A program made the translations under genes and the position numbers. Positions 29,116 through 38,400 of a stretch of 64,000 nucleotides of DNA are shown piece by piece. The stretch's first letter is position 1. Every line of letters starts with the position of its first letter. The stretch is from a virus. Lineage: Duplodnaviria; Caudoviricetes. The stretch spans positions 5,916 through 69,915 of the IMG/VR virus record IMGVR_UViG_3300026549_000004; one strand, 5' to 3'. The notes under the pieces are model-generated. The model did not search any database and was not told where the DNA came from. It worked only from the letters and a program-made list of their open reading frames with translations.

Positions 29116-29311
29116 CTTCCTTCAGAGATTTGGCGGTATACAGAACTTTATGAATCAATTCAACCAGTTTCGCCAGAATTTCGGTAATCAGCAAAACCCA
29201 CAGCAGATGGTTCAGCAACTTCTTGATTCCGGCAAAATGAGCCAACAGCAGTTCAATCAACTGAATCAAATGGCGAATCAGATTCTGAACATGAGAGGTG
29301 GTAAGCGATGA
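29108..29311 (+). CDS. Q/N-rich small protein (67 aa)
   Basis: RBS GGAGGTGG; 29 of 67 residues are Q or N. Confidence 0.75.
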   Translation: MNNFLQRFGGIQNFMNQFNQFRQNFGNQQNPQQMVQQLLDSGKMSQQQFNQLNQMANQILNMRGGKR

Positions 29312-29889
29312 TTATTGACGTAACGTCAACCAAGACATTTACGATCAATCTTGGAAGACAGGGCGAAAATGATATCACTGAAATTGTGTTCGACTACAGC
29401 GGTCTTGTGGAGGAATATGGCGAAGGAACTTTGTCCTGTATCGTCCAAAGGAAGAAAACGGATGATCCTTATCCAACTGTTCTGACAGCAGTAGACCACA
29501 TGGCAACATGGAATGTATCGAGTGCTGACACAGCATACGCAGGCACAGGAAAGATTCAGCTTTCTTATGTTGTGGATGAACAGGTAAAAAAATCCATTAT
29601 CTACAAAATCAAGGTCGAACCATCCATCCTTCCAACAAGTGAAGAACCACCAGAGCCAATCAAAAATTATCTTGACCAGATGGTGGAGATTGGCACACAG
29701 GTTCATGCCGATGCCGAATCGGTGAGCGGTTTGGCAAGTGAGATTACGGAAACGGCTACGTCAGCCGTCAACACTATCAACGCAAAGGAGGAACAGGTCT
29801 TGCAAGATCTTACATCCTTAATAACCTTCTCCGATGATGGGGACGGTAACATAACCATCACGATAGGAGGTGAAACAAATGGCAACTAA
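29308..29889 (+). CDS. BppU-like baseplate/fibre attachment protein
   Basis: LGRQGEN...WNVSSADTAYAGTGKIQL. Confidence 0.7.
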   Translation: MIIDVTSTKTFTINLGRQGENDITEIVFDYSGLVEEYGEGTLSCIVQRKKTDDPYPTVLTAVDHMATWNVSSADTAYAGTGKIQLSYVVDEQVKKSIIYKIKVEPSILPTSEEPPEPIKNYLDQMVEIGTQVHADAESVSGLASEITETATSAVNTINAKEEQVLQDLTSLITFSDDGDGNITITIGGETNGN

Positions 29890-31528
29890 ACCTTTAAAAA
29901 CTTTAACCTTTGAAGGGCTTGACGATACCTATACAATTCCACAGATAGATTCCACCCTATCAGTAACAGGTGGTGCTGCCGATGCCAAAGTCACAGGAGA
30001 CGCCATCAACAGCCTTGATGCCCGTGTTACAACCATTGAAAATGAGGAAGGGCTTCACAGATACGGTGTCACGGGGATCGGACAGTCGGCGGCAAGCCTT
30101 ACAAGGATATGGGATTCTGTAGGAATGACCGCACAGGTTGGCACGGATGGAGACAACTCCAATGTAATCAATGACTTCGATGACGTAGCACCGTTTAACC
30201 GTAGAAAATGCGTGGGGCATTGGAAGAAAGAAGATAATAGGGCTGTCTTTGTAGTAGAGTCCTACTATGGTGACGAGGATTATACCGAGGATGGGACAAA
30301 GGGTGACTATGTTGCCGTGGAATGTCCAAAGGCTTACTACTATCTGAAAGACGGAAGGTTGGGCGTTTCTGCCCATCAATATGACGGATGGAAACCTTTT
30401 GATATATTCTGTCATAAACATAACCCCAATGAGGTGATGGACAAAGTATACATTCCTGCCTACGCTTTAGCTCAGAAGGATGGTCATGCCGTATCGTTGC
30501 CCAACCTTGATAACTTACAGGGAAATTACAAACAACTTCTTGACGCTTGTCGGACTTATAACGGAGATGCATCAGACCTCGCAGTAATGTATCCTGCGGC
30601 AGTAAATTTCTATGAATGGGCATTGTTTACCGTGGAATTCGCAACACAGAACTGTCAAAGCGTCATGTATGGCTGTGGTATATTGAGACATTCCAATGAT
30701 GACAGTGCAACTCTCAGATCGGACGGCAAATGGTTGTTGAATAACTATTATGCGTCAAGGGTGGTTGGTGAATATGTATCCATTCAAGACGCAACCATAG
30801 ATCAGAACGATGTTTCCTACTATGCATCGCACAAAATCACGGCAATCGTTCAATGTGATGCGGAAGGAAACGAATCTTCAAGTGGTGCATATCAGCTTGT
30901 AACAACGGAATATTTGGGATCTGAAAGAGCTTATGAAGTAGGAACAGCATACAGGTTCGTTGCAAGACCATACAGGACAGGAGCTTGTAATGGAGTATCA
31001 ACCCCATCAGGCTCGCCTGTAAGCAATACTAATGGCTATTATCCATGCAAATACAGATGGCGTGAAAACCCATATGGCAATCAATTCAAAACATCCGTAG
31101 ATCTGTTTAACATGAGAACAGGTACGGGTGGTAGCGACTATTATTGTGAGTGGTATTATCTTGACGATCCGTCAACATATACACCAAGCACAACATCCAA
31201 GCCTGACGCAACAGACCTTGCATCGGATGCGTTTAGATTGTTAGATTGTCAGACCGATCATGACAATTATGTTAATGGCTATATTAAGGTGTTGGAGTAT
31301 TCAGATGAGTATCCGAATATTAGAGTACCAAACGGAACAACAGGAGGGTCAGCCAGTACATATTATTGCGATTATGCCTCCCTCGTTGATTCCTACGTAG
31401 TTCGTGCTGTTCGTTTTGGTGGTATTTGGGCCTATGGTGCGAACGATGGCTTTTCGTCCTTCTATGCGCATTACGCTCCCTCGTACGGCACTGCGAAGGC
31501 CGGGTCTGACCTTTGCTTCATCCAATAG
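29879..31528 (+). CDS. Receptor-binding tail protein, DGR target (C-terminal CLec-like domain)
   Basis: C-terminus GGIWAYGANDG... is the VR; N-terminal fibre motif DSTLSVTGGAADAK. Confidence 0.85.
   Translation: MATKPLKTLTFEGLDDTYTIPQIDSTLSVTGGAADAKVTGDAINSLDARVTTIENEEGLHRYGVTGIGQSAASLTRIWDSVGMTAQVGTDGDNSNVINDFDDVAPFNRRKCVGHWKKEDNRAVFVVESYYGDEDYTEDGTKGDYVAVECPKAYYYLKDGRLGVSAHQYDGWKPFDIFCHKHNPNEVMDKVYIPAYALAQKDGHAVSLPNLDNLQGNYKQLLDACRTYNGDASDLAVMYPAAVNFYEWALFTVEFATQNCQSVMYGCGILRHSNDDSATLRSDGKWLLNNYYASRVVGEYVSIQDATIDQNDVSYYASHKITAIVQCDAEGNESSSGAYQLVTTEYLGSERAYEVGTAYRFVARPYRTGACNGVSTPSGSPVSNTNGYYPCKYRWRENPYGNQFKTSVDLFNMRTGTGGSDYYCEWYYLDDPSTYTPSTTSKPDATDLASDAFRLLDCQTDHDNYVNGYIKVLEYSDEYPNIRVPNGTTGGSASTYYCDYASLVDSYVVRAVRFGGIWAYGANDGFSSFYAHYAPSYGTAKAGSDLCFIQ
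31375..31514 (+). repeat. DGR variable repeat (VR)
   Basis: 140-nt ungapped match to the TR with 16 mismatches, 12 at TR adenines. Confidence 0.93.
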
Positions 31529-31536
31529 GGGGTGAA

Positions 31537-31562
31537 TTGCGAAGCAAGAGGGGATCTCCCCT
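31537..31562 (+). promoter_or_regulatory. DGR post-VR hairpin(s)
   Basis: TTGC-GAA-GCAA and AGGGGA-TC-TCCCCT just past the target stop codon. Confidence 0.65.
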
Positions 31563-31607
31563 TTAAATAAAATCCACAATGACTTATAAAAGGGATCGAG
31601 GATGCAC

Positions 31608-31747
31608 TGCCTCCCTCGTTTATTCCTCCGTAGTTCGTGCTGTTCGTTTTGGTGGTAATTGGAACAATGGTGCGAACGATGGCTTTTCGAACTTCAATGC
31701 GAATAACGCTCCCTCGAACGGCAATGCGAATTACGGGTCTGACCTTT
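31608..31747 (+). repeat. DGR template repeat (TR)
   Basis: AAY-codon-rich non-coding copy of the VR upstream of the RT. Confidence 0.93.
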
Positions 31748-31865
31748 AATCCTAACCATCGCATACAATCACCAATAAAACCGTGATGTATTTATATAAA
31801 ACTATGACCATTGAAAAAATGGGCATCCTCTTTTCCTTGGTTCGGAAGAACTGAAATAAATCCGA

Positions 31866-33098
31866 TTGGACTGGCTTAGTAGGAAAACCGAAAAGACAGA
31901 GGATAAGCAAAGAATGAAACGCATTAAAGATATATGGAAAAACGTAGTTGATGAAAACAACGCTTATATTGCATTGGTTGAAGGAACAAAAAGAAAGCGT
32001 TCCAAAAGAAGCGTTAAAAAACTTCTTTATTGTGACGAAGAAGTAGCAAAAGACAGGACAAAATGGCACAGGATAGACCCTGTTAAAGGGAGAAGATACG
32101 CCAAAAACATTGTGGCTAAACTCCAGAACGGAACATGGGTTCACGCCAAGCCGAGATATGAACACCGCTATTGCAAAAACAGAGCATCCAGCGGAGGTAA
32201 ATGGCGAGACTTGTATGTCCCGACACTGGAAGACCACGTAATTCACCACATGGTTATGAGTGCAAGCATGAAAGCATTCACAAAAGGGATGCACCCACAT
32301 TGTTGCGGTTCTGTTCCAAACAGAGGAATCAGACATATTGCAAAAACAGTATCACATTGGATGCAGGACGATCTTCAGTGTCGATATTTTGTGAAGCTGG
32401 ACATCAAGAAATTTTTTGACAGCATTGACGCTGATATCTTGAAGACAAAACTTCGACAAAAAATCAAGGATAAAAACGTGCTTCAAATTCACGATGCTAT
32501 CATTGATTCTGCTCCTGTTGCCTGCCCTGTTGGCTATTACCCGTCACCATGGTATGCGAATCTGTACCTTGAAGATCTGGACTGGCATGTTGAACAACAT
32601 TTATACAAAGAACGGAGAGGAAAAAGAATCAAATTTGTTCGCCACTTTCTCAGGTATGTTGACGATATTTTGCTGATCGGAACATCTAAAGCAGACCTGT
32701 ACAAGGCTATCGCAAGCATCAAAAAATATCTTATGGACAACTATTCTCTTGAAATCAAAAATTCATGGGAGATTAAAAAAATTGGAAAACATGAGATGGT
32801 TGATGGAGAATGGAGATTAAAAAAAGATACTTACTGGTGTGATATAGGTGGTTATAAATTCTGCAAAGACGCAACTATCATGAGGGATGGGATCTATCTT
32901 TCGACCAAGAGACTTGCGAAGAAAATGGGAAAACAGGAATATTATACTTTGCATCAATGTCAGTCCATCAACGCCAAAGTCGCATGGGCAGAGCAATGCA
33001 ATTCCAAAAATTTTATTCAAAAGGACGTTCTTCCATATGTCAACCTTAAGCAAACGAAAGGAGTTATAAGCCGTGTGGACGCTAACAAGCAACGGTGA
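31866..33098 (+). CDS. DGR reverse transcriptase (probable ATG at 31914)
   Basis: KLDIKKFFDSI, VGYYPSPWYANLYL, RYVDD; adjacent to the TR/VR. Confidence 0.93.
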   Translation: MDWLSRKTEKTEDKQRMKRIKDIWKNVVDENNAYIALVEGTKRKRSKRSVKKLLYCDEEVAKDRTKWHRIDPVKGRRYAKNIVAKLQNGTWVHAKPRYEHRYCKNRASSGGKWRDLYVPTLEDHVIHHMVMSASMKAFTKGMHPHCCGSVPNRGIRHIAKTVSHWMQDDLQCRYFVKLDIKKFFDSIDADILKTKLRQKIKDKNVLQIHDAIIDSAPVACPVGYYPSPWYANLYLEDLDWHVEQHLYKERRGKRIKFVRHFLRYVDDILLIGTSKADLYKAIASIKKYLMDNYSLEIKNSWEIKKIGKHEMVDGEWRLKKDTYWCDIGGYKFCKDATIMRDGIYLSTKRLAKKMGKQEYYTLHQCQSINAKVAWAEQCNSKNFIQKDVLPYVNLKQTKGVISRVDANKQR

Positions 33099-33321
33099 GC
33101 CGATCCAGCCACCGAAAAAAGAAGTGTCAGGTAACTATGTAATAATTCGCAAGGATTTTAAGTTGATTCCTGTCACGGAAGAATTTCCAGAACACTATGA
33201 GTATCTGGAGTGGCAGATGACCAAGGAACAATACGATGTCTATAAGGATTTTGAAGAAAAGCTAAACGAGCAGGATGACGCTCTTATTGAGTTAGCTTCA
33301 CTCATCAGCGAGGTGATATAA
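33073..33321 (+). CDS. Small tail-fibre-associated protein
   Basis: ...QDDALIELASLI C-terminus typical of fibre-downstream ORFs. Confidence 0.6.
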   Translation: MWTLTSNGEPIQPPKKEVSGNYVIIRKDFKLIPVTEEFPEHYEYLEWQMTKEQYDVYKDFEEKLNEQDDALIELASLISEVI

Positions 33322-33564
33322 ATGGCTAAAATCTATGTGCGAAAGATTAAAGCAGGACAGATGAGTATTGATGATGTCCCTGATAGGTGGAGAGAGGAAG
33401 TCGCAAGATTGTTAGAGGAGACAGAGTAGAATTAAAAATCTAATATTCGTTTACAAGGAATCGGGTTAATTCCCGGTTCCTTTTTTATTGTTTGTAATGT
33501 TTTGGCCAAACATTCAATAAAGTTTCTTTTAAATCTTTTCTTATACAGAAAGGAGTGATGTCGT

Positions 33565-34404
33565 ATGGCATTAACAGACACTGGTAATGGCGGTCTTTCC
33601 GCAGCAGACGTAGCAGCAGTCGTAGGTAACAATGGTGGTTTTGGTTTCGGAGGCAACAATGGTGACCTTGGTTGGATTCTGATCCTTTTCCTGTTTGGTA
33701 TCTTCAACGGAGGATGGGGAAACGGAGGATATGGTGGATATGCCAATGTCGGAAGTGAAATCTATCCGTGGATGAACCAGTCCCAGCAGGTTAATGACGG
33801 ATTCCGTGACCAGATGATTAACGGCAACATCCAAGGTATTCAGCAGTCTGTAACAAGCGGATTCGGTGATGTGGCTCTTGGTATTGCCGGGATCAACCAG
33901 AACATCTGTCAGGCAAGCAACGCTAATCAGGTAGCCATGCTTCAGGGATTCAACGGTATGCAGGCACAGGTTGCTCAGTATGGTGCTAATGCCCAGTTGG
34001 CTTCTTGTCAGACACAGAATACCATTCAGAACGAGGGCAACATGACACGGTTCGCATATGCGAATAATACCCGTGACATCATTGAAGCGAATAGAAACGG
34101 TCAGCAGATGATCATGGATAAGCTGTGTCAGTTAGAACTTGATGGTGTTAAGAATCAGCTTGCACAGGCACAGAGAGAAAATACTGCTCTTCAGAATCAG
34201 GTAAACATTGCCATGTTTGAAAAATCTCAGGCTGACCAGAACGCACTGTTTGCTCAGGGAATGAACAATGAAGTAGACGCTTTATACAACAGACTCAAGA
34301 ATTGCCCCGTAGGTACTACTCCTGTATATGGCAATACTCCTATCTTTACTTGCAATGGCAATAATGGTGGATGCGGATGTGGCAATAACAACTTTATCAA
34401 CTAA
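33565..34404 (+). CDS. Gly-rich / TM / Gln-rich coiled-coil protein with C-terminal CGCG
   Basis: RBS AGAAAGGAG; WILILFLFGIF hydrophobic segment. Confidence 0.85.
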   Translation: MALTDTGNGGLSAADVAAVVGNNGGFGFGGNNGDLGWILILFLFGIFNGGWGNGGYGGYANVGSEIYPWMNQSQQVNDGFRDQMINGNIQGIQQSVTSGFGDVALGIAGINQNICQASNANQVAMLQGFNGMQAQVAQYGANAQLASCQTQNTIQNEGNMTRFAYANNTRDIIEANRNGQQMIMDKLCQLELDGVKNQLAQAQRENTALQNQVNIAMFEKSQADQNALFAQGMNNEVDALYNRLKNCPVGTTPVYGNTPIFTCNGNNGGCGCGNNNFIN

Positions 34405-34416
34405 GGAGGTGTGATT

Positions 34417-34872
34417 ATGCCGAGATATCTCACTTCAGCCGACCAGAATGTCACCTTGAATGGTACGTTTCCATTCGATGTTGTGTCTATCCCTTGCAAT
34501 AACGGAAATGTTATTCCGCTTACAACGGGGGTTCTTTCTTTGCGTGGTCGCACTTCCAATAAGTTTGCCAGATATTTGGTCACTGTTCAGGGAAACGTGG
34601 CAATTCCGACAGGTGGTGCTGTTGCTCCGTTGGCGGTCGGCATCACCATTAACGGAATCGTAATCCCTGAGAGCGTTGCTATTGTAACTCCAGCTGCGGT
34701 TGGTGATTATTGGCACGTCAATACATCTATACCAATCACAGTTCCGTCTGGGTGTTGCGTATCGGTATCAGCAGCCTATGTGGATGCAACAGAGGATGAT
34801 GCTTCAACAACACCTACGCCATCTATTATGGTCAGACGCAGGGCATCGTTAGACGTAGAAAGGATAGCTTAG
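34417..34872 (+). CDS. Beta-sandwich protein (BclA C-terminal-like)
   Basis: RBS AAGGAGGTG; alternating beta pattern, SGCCVSVS. Fold assignment is inference. Confidence 0.6.
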   Translation: MPRYLTSADQNVTLNGTFPFDVVSIPCNNGNVIPLTTGVLSLRGRTSNKFARYLVTVQGNVAIPTGGAVAPLAVGITINGIVIPESVAIVTPAAVGDYWHVNTSIPITVPSGCCVSVSAAYVDATEDDASTTPTPSIMVRRRASLDVERIA

Positions 34873-34877
34873 AGGAG

Positions 34878-35408
34878 GTGAATGTCATGAATAAAACTTT
34901 AGAAAATCTGAAGGAGACTCTTGAAGATGAGATTAAAGCCATCATTAAGAAGGGTGACATGACACCTTCCGAATTAGAGTCTGTACAGAAAGCCGTATGT
35001 ACCATCGAGATGATTGATAAGATGGAACGTGGTGGTCAGAGCGAAGTAATGATGATGGACGGCTACTCAAATCGCCATATGTCTTATCGTCACATGCCGT
35101 CTTACGGCAGTTATAATGACCGTTCTTATGGTGACGAGTATGGCGATCACAGCGGTCGCAGATATTATCATGATTCCTACGGTTACGATGAATCGTATCA
35201 TGGTGACAGCTATCGCAGAGGTAGATCTCCCGTGACCGGAAGATATATCAGCCGTGGTGAAGATCATATGAGTTATCGTGATGGTTATAGCGGTCACTCC
35301 ATTAAGGATCGGATGGTTGCAAGACTTGAAGATATGATGGATGAAGCTAAAACTGATCATGAGCGTCAAACTGTCTCCGAATGGATTAACAGATTGCGGA
35401 GCAACTAA
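34878..35408 (+). CDS. Protein with Tyr/Ser/Arg/His/Asp low-complexity core
   Basis: RBS GAGGAGG; ...RGRSPVTGRYISR; followed by a terminator. Confidence 0.8.
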   Translation: MNVMNKTLENLKETLEDEIKAIIKKGDMTPSELESVQKAVCTIEMIDKMERGGQSEVMMMDGYSNRHMSYRHMPSYGSYNDRSYGDEYGDHSGRRYYHDSYGYDESYHGDSYRRGRSPVTGRYISRGEDHMSYRDGYSGHSIKDRMVARLEDMMDEAKTDHERQTVSEWINRLRSN

Positions 35409-35419
35409 TCAATGATTAT

Positions 35420-35452
35420 GCGGTGGGTGTTTCGGCATCCACCGCTTTTTTT
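35420..35452 (+). terminator. Intrinsic terminator
   Basis: GCGGTGGGTG-TTTCG-GCATCCACCGC plus T-run. Confidence 0.75.
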
Positions 35453-35471
35453 CAAGGCAGGTGAATAAATC

Positions 35472-38400
35472 ATGCGTTTTGAGCAAGAAGTTAATATTTT
35501 TAATCCATCTGCATTGAACAGAAAGTTCTCTGCAATCCAAACAGATTTCGATGTAACTCTTGGCAAAATTTCTGCCATCATTTCTGATTCTGATATTGAA
35601 CAATACCAGGATGGTCACACCACGATGAACAGCAGGCTGTCGGCTACCATTCAAGACCTTGACGGATTTCATGATCAGGTCAGCGAAATGAAGACCGATT
35701 ATGATGGTCAGTTTGAATCCGTGGACAGCCGATTGACTACATTTGATGAAACCCTTGAAGGAATCACAGCAAGCGTTTCTACGGTTTCACAATCAGCTAT
35801 TAAGTCTGATCAAATACATTATCTTGCCACATCTGCAAGTTCTGGAGTAACCACAGAAACGGCAGGATGGACTACTACACCACAGCGGATTACGAGTACA
35901 AACAGATATCTTTGGACGTACCATACATATACCAAAGGTGATAACACTACCGTGAATACTACTCCTGTGATAACCGGTGTGTGGGGAGATCAGGGTCTTC
36001 GTGGTGATACAGGTGTCAGTATTGCAGGTGTAACGAATTACTACTTGGCATCACCTTTATCAAGTGGTGTAACAATAGATACAAGCGGATGGACTACAGG
36101 CATTCAAACCATGACTTCCACAAACCAATACTTGTGGAATTACGAAATTGTTTATGGTAGTGACGATACGATTATCAGCACATCCGATCCTGTAATCATC
36201 GGCAGATATGGTCAGAATGGTGCAAATGGCATTAACGGTGCAGATGGCAGGGGAATCAGTTCAATCACAGAACATTATGCAGTGTCATCAAGTAATACCA
36301 CTGCACCAAACAGTTGGTCTGACACCATGGTGAACACCACCACAACCAACCGTTATCTGTGGAACTATGAAACCATTCTGTACACTGACGGAAATACCGA
36401 AGACAGCACCAAACGTGTTATCGGAACACATGGCGAAAAAGGTGATGCGGCAACCACCTATGAGATCAGGACTTCGGTTGATGCCATTATTCGTAGTCAG
36501 GCAGGTGCTCCATCTCCGGCATTTGTTACCTTTACATGCTATAAGCGTGTCGGTGCAGGATCTGCAACTACTCAGTCCTGTTACTGGTCGATTGAAGAAT
36601 ATGTCAACGGGTCTTGGACAACGATAGAATCTGGCGGTTCTTCTGCATCATCTAAGACAAGATACGTTGGTACGGGTGCTACATTGGTACGTGCCACGGC
36701 ATATCTTGAAAGTACGATGTCAAGTGCATCGCTTATTGATCAGCAGGATGTTCCGATCATATCCAATGGTGCAGACGGCTATACCGTGGTTTTGTCGAAT
36801 GAGTCCCATACGTTTGCCGGTAATGTTTCTTCGGCAGTTTCCGGCAGTACGTTCAGCAACGTCATTGCTTATAAAGGATCGACAAGGGTAGCAGCTACGA
36901 TTGGCACGATCACAGGTCAGCCGACAGGCATGACTACATCAATTAGCTATAACGGCACTACCAGTGCAAGGTTTAATGTTGAAGTTTCGACATCCATGAC
37001 TACGAAGTCAGGAACACTGTCGATCCCGGTGACGGTTGATGGAAACACGTTTGCTTTGACATTTAGCTATGCGGTGGCATTTAAGGGCGAAACAGGATCA
37101 AACGGTGTAAATACGGCTACGGTATATCTGTACAGGCTTCTGACAACGACCATTACTCCGCATGCTCCTGTTAACCAGACTACCTATACGTTCTCTACGA
37201 AGACGTTAAGCGGCAATCCGGGCGGCTCATGGGTAACTACACCGCCATCAGGAACAGGCACGCTTTGGATGGCTGTGGCTACGGCAAGTTCCAATACAGA
37301 TACAGATACCATTGAAGCGTCAGAATGGACGGTGGCGAAACTCGCCCGTGACGGATCAAGCGGAGCGAATGGTGTTGACGGCTATAACAAAGCTACAATT
37401 ACCCTGTATCGCAGATATGCTTCGACACCGAGCAAGCCTACCATACAGACCGTGTATACTTTTTCGACAGGCACACTGGATACAATTCCTTCGGGATGGT
37501 CAACATCTATTCCTGCTGTTGACGCTAATCATAATCCTTGCTATGCGACTTCGGTTTCTGCTGTAAGCCGTGATGATACATATACGATTGCGTCATCTGC
37601 TTGGACAACACCTGTGAAGATCGTGGAAGATGGTGAAGATGGAATCGGTATTACGGCAACAACTCCGCTTCGGTATGTTTCGTCTTCAACAACCGCACCT
37701 GCCAAGCCTACGGCAAATGTGAAGGTTACGGAAGATCGTGCGATTACAGGCGTGTGGACAAAAGCGCTTCCTGCTCTGACAAACACTTATAAGTATATCT
37801 ACACCTGCGACATGATTGAGTGGGATGACGGCACCACAATTACCTTTACGGATGTCGTGCTGAACAATGCCCTGTCCGACTTGGTAACAAGGGTAGCTGC
37901 GGCTGAGTTAAAGATACAAGATGATCAAATCGTGGCTACGGTTCGAAAATCTGAAAGTTATAAATCAGACTTGGCTTCAAAAAATACCAACTACACAGGT
38001 GATTATATTCCGACAAACAGCAATTCTCCTGCAAGCGGATGGTCTGATGACGATACGAAGAGTAGTCACGTCAATGATATTTTCATGACCAATTCCGGCA
38101 AATCATATCAGTATGTTCAAGGCAGAAACGGATGCTGGATCAAGTTCAACGAAAAGTCGGAGCTGTCTTCTTATGTCGGCAACTTTGTTCGTATTTACTA
38201 TCAGATTGATGGCGAAACCTACGCATTGCCACTCATGCGGAGGATAGAACTGTCTGGTGCTATTGTCTTTGTTCCGTCTAACATTTTCTGGGTGCAACTG
38301 GGTGCAGGCAGTAACAGTAGTAACAAGTGGGGCTTTGAAATTAATTCTGTCGGTTGGGGATATGGTGCAATTCCTAAAAATGCAATATTGACGACCTTGC

